Source of the DNA: an archaeon | Lineage (GTDB): Archaea; Iainarchaeota; Iainarchaeia; Iainarchaeales; Iainarchaeaceae | Reading direction: 5' to 3' | NCBI GenBank assembly: GCA_035289485.1 | Contig: DATDXA010000024.1 | Span: 1 to 40,586 of the forward strand | Length of the DNA stretch: 40,586 nt | Shown: piece by piece, positions 7,232-15,731 of the stretch | Layout of the letters: each line of letters opens with the position of its first letter | Numbering within the stretch: the stretch's first letter is position 1 | Notes under the pieces: generated by a model | Databases searched by the model: none | What the model saw: the letters and a program-made list of their open reading frames with translations, nothing else | What the model was told of the DNA's origin: nothing | Program-made: the position numbers and the translations under genes

Positions 7232-8986
7232 ATGGAAAAAAGGTTTTTTTTACTGGTTATACTCTTTACGGCCATCACTTTTTCTATGGCGGCATATTCG
7301 GCACAGGTTTGCGGCAATAGTGTATGTGAAGAGGGGGAGGATTCCTGCGCCTGCCCGAGCGATTGCGGAAAATGCTCAGGGGAAGTGAAAGGCAAATATT
7401 GCAGCGAATACTATTGCTCAACCGAAATGATATGTTCAATAAAAAAGATTTTGAATTGCTGCAGAAATGAAATTTGCGAAGATGGCGAAAGTTATGGCAA
7501 CTGCCCAGCAGATTGCGAGCCAAGAAGCGTGAATGTGGAAGTGCTCGCCCCCCAGGGAATCTACAAGGCACGTTATGGAGAACAGGTATTATATAAAATA
7601 AGCGTGGATGCCGACGGGGCAAATGTTGCCGGAGCCGGCATTTCTGTGAGCGGGCCATTTGAAAGGAATATTGAATTTTTTAATGATGGACTGCACGAGG
7701 ACGAAAAATTTAGCGACCGGATATACGCCGCACGAATTTCATTGCAATCGGACACAACGCCTGGAATTAAAGATGTCAACTTTTCGGCAAAATTCCGGGG
7801 TCTGGAAGGAAAAAAAACACTAAAAATAGAAGCGTACCCTTTTATTGACCTAGAAGTTGATTCGGATGGCGAAGTTGAACTTGGAAACACAATAAACATG
7901 AAGGCAAAGGCTTCAATAAATGGCAAACCGGCCCCGGCAGTCTTGAAAATAGAGTTGATAAATCAAGACGGTGACTTGATTGAAAGAAAGGAATTGGCAG
8001 GCGATGAGAATATTGATTTTAAATATAGGACGACTTTTGCAGATAAACCCGGAAAATGGAATTTGCACATTTTCGGAAGCGACCAGTTTGGGAATAGGGC
8101 AGATTGGAATAGGGCGCTTGAGGTTTACGAACCGGGGAAGACACCGCAAAGGGAAATCACATTAATAAAATCCTTAAAAGAATCCTATTCTGCCGGGGAA
8201 GAAATGGAGGTTGCAATAAAAGTACTTGAAAATTCCGCCCCGGTTTCTACAGGCTATGCATTTGCCAATTTTGGAGAGGTTAAACAGAGTCTTCTGAAGA
8301 TAGGCGAGGGGGAGTATGCATTCACCCTACGAATCCCTACGGATATCAGGGCCGGAAAACATGCGCTGGAAATAACTTTTTTTAACGCTGAAAACGTACT
8401 TCTCGCAACCGAAGAATTTGATTTGAACATTACTGCTGCGAGCATCACCATGCAGATAATAAGCCCTGATAAAAAAATATTCGAAGCAGGGGAGGAGATA
8501 GAATTTGTTGTCTTGCTTTTTTATGCGGATAATTCACCGGTGCAGGATGCGGAGGTGTCTGCGCTTTTCAACGGCAAGAAGCTTCCGCTCAAAATACGGC
8601 AGCCCGGGGTATTTAGCGCAAAATACACAGCAGAGCAGTCCGATTATGGATACCTTGAAGTTTCCATTATAGCCGCCACCCCGCAGGGGGCAGTTGCAGA
8701 AATGAAGAACAATGTTTTTATTTCGGGGAAAAGCATTTTTTATGACATGCAGAAATATTCGTATCTTCTTCTTATAGGCGCAGCAATCATAATTGGCATT
8801 TCTGCCTTAATTTTTAGAAAAATCAAGAACCGCAGTGTAAAAATAGGCAGGCATGAGGAACTTAAGAGGATTGATATGCTTGAAAAGGAGGCACAAACCA
8901 GGTATTTCCGCGAAAAAACAATTAATAAGGAAGAGTACAACAGGTTAATGGATAATTATGGCAAGGCGAGGAGAAAATTAGGTTAA
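7232..8986 (+). CDS. Membrane-anchored surface protein: Cys-rich repeats, Ig-like domains, TM and cytoplasmic SHOCT-like tail
   Basis: Signal peptide, two CxNxxCE...CPxDC repeats, FNDGLHEDEKFSDRIY loop, TM YLLLIGAAIIIGISALIF, tail QTRYFREKTINKEEY. Confidence 0.85.
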   Translation: MEKRFFLLVILFTAITFSMAAYSAQVCGNSVCEEGEDSCACPSDCGKCSGEVKGKYCSEYYCSTEMICSIKKILNCCRNEICEDGESYGNCPADCEPRSVNVEVLAPQGIYKARYGEQVLYKISVDADGANVAGAGISVSGPFERNIEFFNDGLHEDEKFSDRIYAARISLQSDTTPGIKDVNFSAKFRGLEGKKTLKIEAYPFIDLEVDSDGEVELGNTINMKAKASINGKPAPAVLKIELINQDGDLIERKELAGDENIDFKYRTTFADKPGKWNLHIFGSDQFGNRADWNRALEVYEPGKTPQREITLIKSLKESYSAGEEMEVAIKVLENSAPVSTGYAFANFGEVKQSLLKIGEGEYAFTLRIPTDIRAGKHALEITFFNAENVLLATEEFDLNITAASITMQIISPDKKIFEAGEEIEFVVLLFYADNSPVQDAEVSALFNGKKLPLKIRQPGVFSAKYTAEQSDYGYLEVSIIAATPQGAVAEMKNNVFISGKSIFYDMQKYSYLLLIGAAIIIGISALIFRKIKNRSVKIGRHEELKRIDMLEKEAQTRYFREKTINKEEYNRLMDNYGKARRKLG

Positions 8987-9901
8987 ATGGTTGGGAACAT
9001 GGGAAATATTTTTGAAAAAGTCTGGGGTACGGCAAAAGAGTTCTTAGGGGCAAAAGCGCCTAAGGCAGAAGAAAAAGAGGCTGCAGCCAACGGGGAATAT
9101 AGGGGTTTTACTAAGAAAAAACACAACATTATCCCGGAAAATAACCTTTTTTCCATATCATCTTCTGAAATAGAGCGTAAAACGCATGAAAATGATATTA
9201 CCCCGACAGGAATAAAGGAATTCGACCAGCTAATTAAGGATGGCGGTCTCGAACAGGGCTCTTCAATCTTAATTTCAGGGGGCACTGGCACTGGGAAAAC
9301 CACTTTTATCTTGCAGTCAATGCATAATTGCTCAAAAGAGCGCAGCCTGAAATGCATCTACATTTCTTTTGAAGAGGATCCAAAAAAAATAAAAGGGCAC
9401 ATGAAAAAAAATTATGGGTGGGATTTTGAGGCGCTAGAAAAAAGCGGGACATTTGCAATAGTCAAAGTTGACCCTCTTGATGTTGCACGTGATGTGGAGC
9501 AGATTTTTTTGGAAAAGCACGGAGAGCTCAAAATCAGGCTTGAGAAAATTCGGCTCCCGTTTCTGCCGGATATTATCGCACTAGACAGCCTCTCGGCTCT
9601 CTCCATAGCCTTTACTGAAGAGGAAAATTACAGAAAATACATCACTGAATTGTTTCAATCTTTAGTGCATATGAACTGCATCTCATATGTAATAAGCGAA
9701 ACCGAACAGGACCCAAGAATATATAGCAGGACTGGAGTTGAGGAGTTCTTGGCTGATGGGGTAATAGTCCTCTACAATTTAAAAAAACAAGGAAAGAGGG
9801 AGAATGAAATAGAGGTACTCAAGCTAAGAAGCAGCTCACACCACAAAGGAAGAGTGCCATACAGGATAACCACAAAGGGCATCTTAATAGGGCAGGGCTA
9901 A
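8987..9901 (+). CDS. KaiC/RAD55-family single-domain ATPase
   Basis: TGIKEFDQLI..GG, Walker A GGTGTGKT, YISFEE, Walker B IIALDSLS, EEFLADGVIVL, VLKLRSSSH. Confidence 0.93.
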   Translation: MVGNMGNIFEKVWGTAKEFLGAKAPKAEEKEAAANGEYRGFTKKKHNIIPENNLFSISSSEIERKTHENDITPTGIKEFDQLIKDGGLEQGSSILISGGTGTGKTTFILQSMHNCSKERSLKCIYISFEEDPKKIKGHMKKNYGWDFEALEKSGTFAIVKVDPLDVARDVEQIFLEKHGELKIRLEKIRLPFLPDIIALDSLSALSIAFTEEENYRKYITELFQSLVHMNCISYVISETEQDPRIYSRTGVEEFLADGVIVLYNLKKQGKRENEIEVLKLRSSSHHKGRVPYRITTKGILIGQG

Positions 9902-9914
9902 CTGGCGGCATTTT

Positions 9915-11108
9915 ATGAGAAATGTTTTCTTAATTTTTTTTTTGAGCGTTATCCTTTGCACAACTGCCTCTGCACTTGAATTTGACAAGGACAGCTATGT
10001 GAAAGGGGAAACTATTTGGATTACGGGGAAATGCATACCCGGAGAGGAAAATAGGATAAATGCCGCATTCCGAAACAGCATTATTTTTGACCAAAACACT
10101 GAATGCGTTCAAGGAAATTTCTCATTTTCTTATAAAACAAAGGTTGTGGACCCATCTGGAAGTTGGAATGTGATTGCCCGCCCGCAAAACGATAGTGGCA
10201 AAACAGAAGTTTTGCTCTCTGCCAGCTCCGCATACTACAAAATTACTTTCCTCTCCCCTTCAAATGGTGAACTCAAAAGGGGCCAAAGTGTGCCTATTAG
10301 CGTGATGGTTGATGATGAAGGAACAGCCGTTAATGATGCGAATGTATATGTGTTTGATTTTGAAGGAAAAAGGACACTGATGGAAAACCGGGGAAACGGG
10401 ATATATTCATTCAGTTCGCAAATGCCTTTTGACGGGCCCCTTGGGGAATGGGATATTATTGTTGTTGCGGAAAAAGAAAAAAATATTACTCTTGGAGGGG
10501 AGAGAAAACTCCTCATTCAAATAATAGGCGCCCCTATCGTCATTGACATTGAAAATCCGCAGGAAGGGTGGCACATGCAAAATAACAGGATACAAATCAG
10601 GGGCGAAGTTTCATATGAGAACGGAACTCTTATCCCACCGGACAAAATAAAAAGCATGGAAATTTATGCAAATGAAGAAAAAATATCCGATAATTCTGGA
10701 AAAAACACATTTACTGCCAGTTATGATGCCAAATCTGAAGGCACGCATACACTCAGGTTCGTGGTAGAGGATGAGGCGGGGAACAATGCTGAAAAATCTA
10801 TTGATGTTTATGTGACATGCCCACTTCAATGCACTTTTGAGAAAAATTTTCCTATAGCGATTTTGGGATTGGCTTTTGTGGCGCTCGTTGTATTTGTGGC
10901 GCACAAAACTGTGCTTTCCGGAAGAAAACTTGCGAATGCGAAATCTGAAAAGGAAAGGATGCACAGAGGGATGGAAAGGCTGCAGAAGGATTATTTCAAC
11001 AAGAAAATTGGGTCTCAAGAGTATAAGGAAGCAATGGCGGAGTACAGGGAAAAGCTTTTATACGCCGAACAAATAATAAAGGAGATTGGGAAAAAGGAAG
11101 GTAAATGA
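9915..11108 (+). CDS. Membrane-anchored Ig-like surface protein with cytoplasmic SHOCT-like tail
   Basis: Signal peptide, MG2/Ig-like beta domains, TM IAILGLAFVALVVFVA, tail LQKDYFNKKIGSQEY. Confidence 0.83.
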   Translation: MRNVFLIFFLSVILCTTASALEFDKDSYVKGETIWITGKCIPGEENRINAAFRNSIIFDQNTECVQGNFSFSYKTKVVDPSGSWNVIARPQNDSGKTEVLLSASSAYYKITFLSPSNGELKRGQSVPISVMVDDEGTAVNDANVYVFDFEGKRTLMENRGNGIYSFSSQMPFDGPLGEWDIIVVAEKEKNITLGGERKLLIQIIGAPIVIDIENPQEGWHMQNNRIQIRGEVSYENGTLIPPDKIKSMEIYANEEKISDNSGKNTFTASYDAKSEGTHTLRFVVEDEAGNNAEKSIDVYVTCPLQCTFEKNFPIAILGLAFVALVVFVAHKTVLSGRKLANAKSEKERMHRGMERLQKDYFNKKIGSQEYKEAMAEYREKLLYAEQIIKEIGKKEGK

Positions 11109-11199
11109 TGGGCTAAGAGGCTCCGTTAAAAATATCGCCACAGCTCTCAAATCAGGGAGGAGGGAATTATTTTAAATGGCTGGGCGCAATTAGGGTAGT

Positions 11200-12132
11200 A
11201 TGGAAAAAAATGCGCCCGGGCTATTGCTTTTCTTTTTAATCCTGATTCTTTGCGGGTGCGCGCAGGATGCGCCGGCGCAGGAAAATGAATTGGCCCCGGA
11301 TGTAAACGGCTCAGAGATGGAAGCCAGCACTGATTTTGATGCGCGTGGGACAACAGAAACGCCGCTCGGCTCAAATAACCAAAATAATCCTCTGCGAGAC
11401 GTAATCACGCAGCCACAGCCGGATGCAAATAGCACGGATGATTCCAATGCGGACATTTCTGAGAAAATAGAATTTGTAGAATGGCAATACAATGATTCGT
11501 GGAAACCGAGAACCGAGCCTCCCCAGTGCCCTGAAATATTTATTGCGCACTCCCCAGTGGACGTAACTCTTGCAACATCCGTTCTCTATCCGGGGCAGGA
11601 GCGCGGAGGGGATTTTAAGCCGCACGGGGGATTTAGATTTGACAATTCTAAAAATAATGAGATTGTGGTGTCCGCCCCTTTTGAAGGTTATGTCACTGAT
11701 GGAGCGCGCTATTTTGAAAAAGGGGAACTCCAGTACACTTTTGACATTATACATCCATGCGGCATCATGTATCGGTTCGACCATTTGCGCGAGCTATCGC
11801 CAGAGTTTCTAAAACTTGCAGAGCAATTTAGAGAACCAGTAGAGGGGGATTCCCGCGGGACTTGGATTGCCCCGGTTTTTGTGGATGAGGGGGATATTAT
11901 CGCCACTGCAGTGGGATCTCCCGGAAACACGGGAATGGATTTTGGATTATATGATTTGCGGCAAAAAAATAAGGCCTCGAAAACTAGCGCGTGGCTTAAT
12001 GAAACCGACAAGTCCCAGGCGCCATATGCTCTCTGCTGGCTTGAATTATTGCCAGAGCCGGACGCGGCCATTGTGCAAAGGCTTCCCGCAGGAGATGGCA
12101 AAAACGGGGAAAAAAGCGAGTATTGCGGCTAA
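11200..12132 (+). CDS. Putative lipoprotein, possible degenerate peptidase M23-like fold
   Basis: Lipobox LCGC and a low-complexity stalk, then PHGGFRFD...VSAPFEGYV...YRFDHL...FVDEGDIIATAVG, which follows the layout of M23/LytM domains. Confidence 0.65.
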   Translation: MEKNAPGLLLFFLILILCGCAQDAPAQENELAPDVNGSEMEASTDFDARGTTETPLGSNNQNNPLRDVITQPQPDANSTDDSNADISEKIEFVEWQYNDSWKPRTEPPQCPEIFIAHSPVDVTLATSVLYPGQERGGDFKPHGGFRFDNSKNNEIVVSAPFEGYVTDGARYFEKGELQYTFDIIHPCGIMYRFDHLRELSPEFLKLAEQFREPVEGDSRGTWIAPVFVDEGDIIATAVGSPGNTGMDFGLYDLRQKNKASKTSAWLNETDKSQAPYALCWLELLPEPDAAIVQRLPAGDGKNGEKSEYCG

Positions 12133-12194
12133 ATTTCCCTTGCAACCCGGGAGCAGGAATTAATCTTTCAAAAAGTGCAAAGGCGAGCAATATA

Positions 12195-12212
12195 GCATAT
12201 ATATTTATATGC
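12195..12212. promoter_or_regulatory. Palindromic operator overlapping a TATA-like region upstream of the toxin-antitoxin pair
   Basis: GCATATA-TATT-TATATGC, a 7-bp inverted repeat within an AT-rich promoter about 35 nt before the HTH gene. Confidence 0.5.
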
Positions 12213-12247
12213 GTTATATACATATATGGGTGTAGCCGGTGAAGATT

Positions 12248-12502
12248 ATGCAGATACTACACTACCCCACCCTGAAAACCGTTCTTTTGGTCGAAGAAAT
12301 TCTTAAAGATGCAAAAGAGCCCCTTTCCCGCTACGAATTATTGAAACGGGCAGGGAACAGGATAATGCGCCCAACACTTGATGTCATTATTGAATATCTG
12401 GAAAAGCGCTACATGGTTTTGGATACCCCTAAAGGAATTCTTTGGGTGTATGTCCCCAAGGAGAAAATGAGGCGCTTGATGGATGCGAGCGTGGAAGTAT
12501 GA
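12248..12502 (+). CDS. Winged-HTH protein, putative antitoxin/regulator
   Basis: HYPTLKTVLLVEE...LSRYELLKRAGNRIMRPTLDVIIEYLE. RBS GGTGA lies before ATG 12248 (alternative GTG 12239). ATGA overlap with the next gene. Confidence 0.75.
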   Translation: MQILHYPTLKTVLLVEEILKDAKEPLSRYELLKRAGNRIMRPTLDVIIEYLEKRYMVLDTPKGILWVYVPKEKMRRLMDASVEV

Positions 12503-12852
12503 AAGCGCGTGTCCGCCTGACAGGCCAGGCGCTCGAAGAGTATGAGCGCTTGAAGAAAGCCGTGGCAGAAGAAGAGGCTAAAGGAATCAAAAGCTCTGAA
12601 AACCAGACATTGTGGCGTTCCATTAACGAAAAGATTGAATGGCTAAAAGATGACCCTTTGCGCGGGGAAGTTGTGCCAAAAAAAGACATACCAAAAAATT
12701 TGGATGTTGACAATTTATTCAAAATCCGGTTGGCACAGTATTGGCGGATGCTTTTTACCATTCGCCGCCAGGAAATTGAAGTCATTTGTTTTGTATTAGT
12801 GATTGAGTCGCATCCTGATTATGACAAGCGGTTTAAGATAAAGAAAAGATAA
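12499..12852 (+). CDS. RelE-like toxin (putative)
   Basis: The ATG overlaps the TGA of the HTH gene. KIEWLKDDPLRGE...NLFKIRLAQYWRMLFTI...HPDYD resembles the RelE/ParE fold. Confidence 0.7.
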   Translation: MKARVRLTGQALEEYERLKKAVAEEEAKGIKSSENQTLWRSINEKIEWLKDDPLRGEVVPKKDIPKNLDVDNLFKIRLAQYWRMLFTIRRQEIEVICFVLVIESHPDYDKRFKIKKR

Positions 12853-12969
12853 AACTACTTCGACTGTATGGTTTTTCCATACTTGACACCGGCACTGACG
12901 TCTCCGAAACTTTAAATGTGGAATTGAATTATTTGAATAATAGTTCAGGTAACTTTGCGGGGGGATTAC

Positions 12970-13134
12970 ATGGAAAAAATGGTTGAGATTGACGTGAAAT
13001 TAAATGAATACACTAATAGAGTGTTAAGGGCCGTAAAGAAAAAGTATGGCCTTAAGAATAAGGGTGCTGCACTAGACAAGTTTGTCGAAATTTATGGCGA
13101 GGAATACGTCGAGAAAAAGGCAAACAGAGAATAG
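12970..13134 (+). CDS. DUF2683-like ribbon-helix-helix antitoxin, short (54 aa) and orphaned
   Basis: Below the ORF-track cutoff. MEKMVEIDVKLNEYTNRVLRAVKKKYGLKNKGAALDKFVEIYGEEYVEKKANRE*, with RBS GGGGGG upstream. The TNRVL..VK.KYGLK.K..A pattern is recalled from DUF2683. Confidence 0.72.
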   Translation: MEKMVEIDVKLNEYTNRVLRAVKKKYGLKNKGAALDKFVEIYGEEYVEKKANRE

Positions 13135-13186
13135 TTGAATTTGCAGCACTAACGCTTTTATTTTCCAAAAACCCAATGCTGGAGCA

Positions 13187-13438
13187 ATGCCCTATTTTGT
13201 CTACCTTCTTGAGTGCCGCGACGGAAGCTATTATTGTGGCTTTACAAAAAATGTCGCTGCAAGATTGAGCGCGCACAATAAAGGAACCGGAGCAAAATAC
13301 ACGCGCGCGAGAAGGCCTGTAAAGCTTGTGTATTTTGAGGGGAAGAAAACCCTGAAAACCGCAATGCGCCGCGAGCTTGAGATAAAATCGTTCCCGCACA
13401 GCCGCAAGCGAGCCATGATTGCATCTCGCGCCATGTAG
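13187..13438 (+). CDS. GIY-YIG nuclease family protein (UPF0213/YhbQ-like)
   Basis: YFVYLLECRDGSYYCGFT...RLSAHNKGTGAKYTRARRPVKLVYFE...AMRRELEIK. Confidence 0.93.
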   Translation: MPYFVYLLECRDGSYYCGFTKNVAARLSAHNKGTGAKYTRARRPVKLVYFEGKKTLKTAMRRELEIKSFPHSRKRAMIASRAM

Positions 13439-13473
13439 GCATTTCTTAACGTTTTCCGCCCAAAAATGGTTTT

Positions 13474-14619
13474 ATGGGACAGGATTATAGGGCGGTGCTG
13501 CAACAGTACAAAGCGGCAGAGCAGGAGCCAGAGTGCGCGCACCAAAAAGAGGAGTGCAATGGCTGCCCACTGATGCCCCTTCCATATGAGAAGCAACTGG
13601 AAATGAAAGGCCGGATGCTTAGGGAGATTTTTGGCAGGGAAATCGAAGTGGAGCCTGCGCCAAGCCGGCTAGGATACCGCAACAGGATTGACCTCTCATA
13701 CATTAACGGAAAACTCGGGTATAGGGAAAAGGGAAATGTCAGGGAATCTTTTGAGCTCAAAAAGTGCCTGCTTGTTAGCGATTCGCTCAATGAAAAAATA
13801 CAATCGGTTTCTGAAATGCTGCGCGGGAGCGGGATTGAAAGCGCGGACATAATGAGGCGCAAATCAGGGCTCGGGTACGCGGTTTTTCGCGAGAGCAGGA
13901 AAAATGATTGGATGGTTAATTTTGTTTTCTTTGGGGAATCTGACGCGAAAATAAATGCAATCTGCGAAAAAATTGCCAAGGACGGGGCCGCGGGCGCTTG
14001 CGTAATGGTAAATGAGACATGGAGCGACACTTCATCCGGAAAAATCGTGCAATTGTTTGGTGAAGGGAAGCTTGCCGAGGATATTCTTGGCAAAAAATTC
14101 CTGATTGGGCCGGAAACTTTTTTCCAGACAAATGTTGAAAGCGCGCAGAAAATATTTTCAATTGTGCGGGAGAATGTGCCCGCGGGTTCGGTTGTTCTTG
14201 ACCTCTATTGCGGAGTTGGAACTATCAGCCTCTGCATTGCAGAGAAGTGCGGGCGCGTTGTGGGAATTGAACTTAGCCGCGAGAGCATAAACTCGGCAGC
14301 GGAGAATGCGGAACTTAACGGAGTTAGAAATGCGTATTTTGCGTGCGGAAGCGCGGAAGAAAAACTAAAAGAAGTGGGGGGATTTGATGTGATTATTGCA
14401 GACCCGCCTCGGCAGGGGCTTACGCGCAAAACGATTCTTGCAATAATGGAACAGAACCCGAAAAAAATAATTTACATCTCGTGCAACCCGCAAACGCTTG
14501 CGGAGGACTTGAAATGGATTTCAGGGTATTCTGTTTCTTATCTGAAGGCATTTGACCAGTTTGCGCAAACACCGCACATGGAAATGCTCTGCATACTTGA
14601 AAGGGAGGCGGCGCTGTGA
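13474..14619 (+). CDS. rlmD: RlmD/TrmA-family RNA (uracil-5)-methyltransferase, lacking a TRAM domain
   Basis: Fe-S motif C-x5-CNGC, GYRNR, FFQTN, DLYCGVG, DPPR, YISCNP, DQFAQTPHME. Whether the substrate is rRNA or tRNA cannot be told from sequence alone. Confidence 0.88.
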   Translation: MGQDYRAVLQQYKAAEQEPECAHQKEECNGCPLMPLPYEKQLEMKGRMLREIFGREIEVEPAPSRLGYRNRIDLSYINGKLGYREKGNVRESFELKKCLLVSDSLNEKIQSVSEMLRGSGIESADIMRRKSGLGYAVFRESRKNDWMVNFVFFGESDAKINAICEKIAKDGAAGACVMVNETWSDTSSGKIVQLFGEGKLAEDILGKKFLIGPETFFQTNVESAQKIFSIVRENVPAGSVVLDLYCGVGTISLCIAEKCGRVVGIELSRESINSAAENAELNGVRNAYFACGSAEEKLKEVGGFDVIIADPPRQGLTRKTILAIMEQNPKKIIYISCNPQTLAEDLKWISGYSVSYLKAFDQFAQTPHMEMLCILEREAAL

Positions 14620-15542
14620 GTTCGGAAACTTTTATCCCGGAAGAATTCCGCAAAAAATATTCGGGGCTTGCGGGCAGCGAGAGCGCGGAATTTTTCGAAG
14701 CGTGCGCAACAAAAATTCCAAAAAGCATCTGGATGAATTCGCTAAAAATCAGGCCGGAAATTCTTGCAAGAGACCTTCGCAAGAAGGGCTGGAAAATAGA
14801 GAGGCTTTTTCACGAGAACGCCTACTCCGTTGGGGGAATTGACAGGCCCGGGCAGAGCGAGGAGTTCAAGCGCGGGCTTTTTAATTTGCAGGAAAAGGCC
14901 GCGATGATTCCTGCGATTGCGCTTGGCGCTGGAAAGCGAGACACCGCACTTGACGCTACCGCTGCGCCTGGAAACAAGACACTTCAGATGGCATGCATCA
15001 TGAACGGGGCTGGGAAAATAATTGCGGTGGAGAAGAATGTGGAGAGGTTTAGGAGCATGAAACTAAATGCGCAGAAGTGGGGGCTCAAAAATGCCGTGCT
15101 CAAGAGAATGGACCTGCTGGACGCTCGCAGAAAATCTGTCTTTGAAAAAATCCTTCTCGATGCCCCCTGCAGCTCCGAAGGCTTTATGAGAAAGGATTTT
15201 GACGCCCTGCGCAACTGGAACATGGAGCTTGTGATGAGAAAAGCGCAGCTGCAAAAAAAGCTCATGGAAAAATGCCTTGAGATGCTAAAGCCTGAAGGGA
15301 TTTTGGTTTACAGCACATGCACTTTTGCGCCCGAGGAAAATGAGGAAGTAGTGCAGGAAATCATTAAGGGCGGGAAAGCGGAATTGATGGCGGTGAAAAT
15401 CCCGGGCTTCAAAATAAGGGCGGGGCTTACGGAGTATAATGGGAAAAAGTTTGATTCCTCGATGGAGAAGGCGGCAAGGATATGGCCGCAGGACAATGAC
15501 ACGCAGCAGTTCTTCCTTGCGAAGATAAGGAAAACAGGATAA
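14616..15542 (+). CDS. RsmB/NOP2-family RNA (cytosine-5)-methyltransferase
   Basis: LDATAAPGNKT, ILLDAPCSSEG, LVYSTCTFAPEENE. GTGA overlap with the upstream gene. Confidence 0.93.
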   Translation: MSSETFIPEEFRKKYSGLAGSESAEFFEACATKIPKSIWMNSLKIRPEILARDLRKKGWKIERLFHENAYSVGGIDRPGQSEEFKRGLFNLQEKAAMIPAIALGAGKRDTALDATAAPGNKTLQMACIMNGAGKIIAVEKNVERFRSMKLNAQKWGLKNAVLKRMDLLDARRKSVFEKILLDAPCSSEGFMRKDFDALRNWNMELVMRKAQLQKKLMEKCLEMLKPEGILVYSTCTFAPEENEEVVQEIIKGGKAELMAVKIPGFKIRAGLTEYNGKKFDSSMEKAARIWPQDNDTQQFFLAKIRKTG

Positions 15543-15599
15543 GCGGCGGTGCGGAAAAACCTTTTAAAAGGCTTCTTGAAGCAGATTAGTTAGAGATTA

Positions 15600-15695
15600 G
15601 CCCTAGTAGTCCAATGGTTAGGACAGACCCCTGTCACGGAGTGCGTAATGCTCTGCAGCGCGGGTCAGACGCGGGTTCGATTCCCGCCTAGGGCG
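15600..15695 (+). tRNA. tRNA-Asp(GTC) with 24-nt intron (15637-15660) at position 37/38
   Basis: Acceptor GCCCTAG/CTAGGGC, anticodon stem GACCC/GGGTC, T arm GCGGG-TTCGATT-CCCGC. BHB: central helix CTGT/GCAG, bulges CAC and CGC, outer helix GGAGT/GCTCT. Confidence 0.94.
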
Positions 15696-15731
15696 TAGAA
15701 TATACATAACATTTGAAAGATAGGTGAACAC

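Noticed and set aside
12442..12498. Upstream start of the RelE-like ORF
   Set aside because: It overlaps the HTH gene, and the ATGA-coupled start at 12499 is more plausible.
13187..13438. GIY-YIG nuclease as mobiliser of the hairpin repeats
   Set aside because: No repeat copy flanks the gene and it looks like an ordinary UPF0213 protein, so nothing in the sequence links them.
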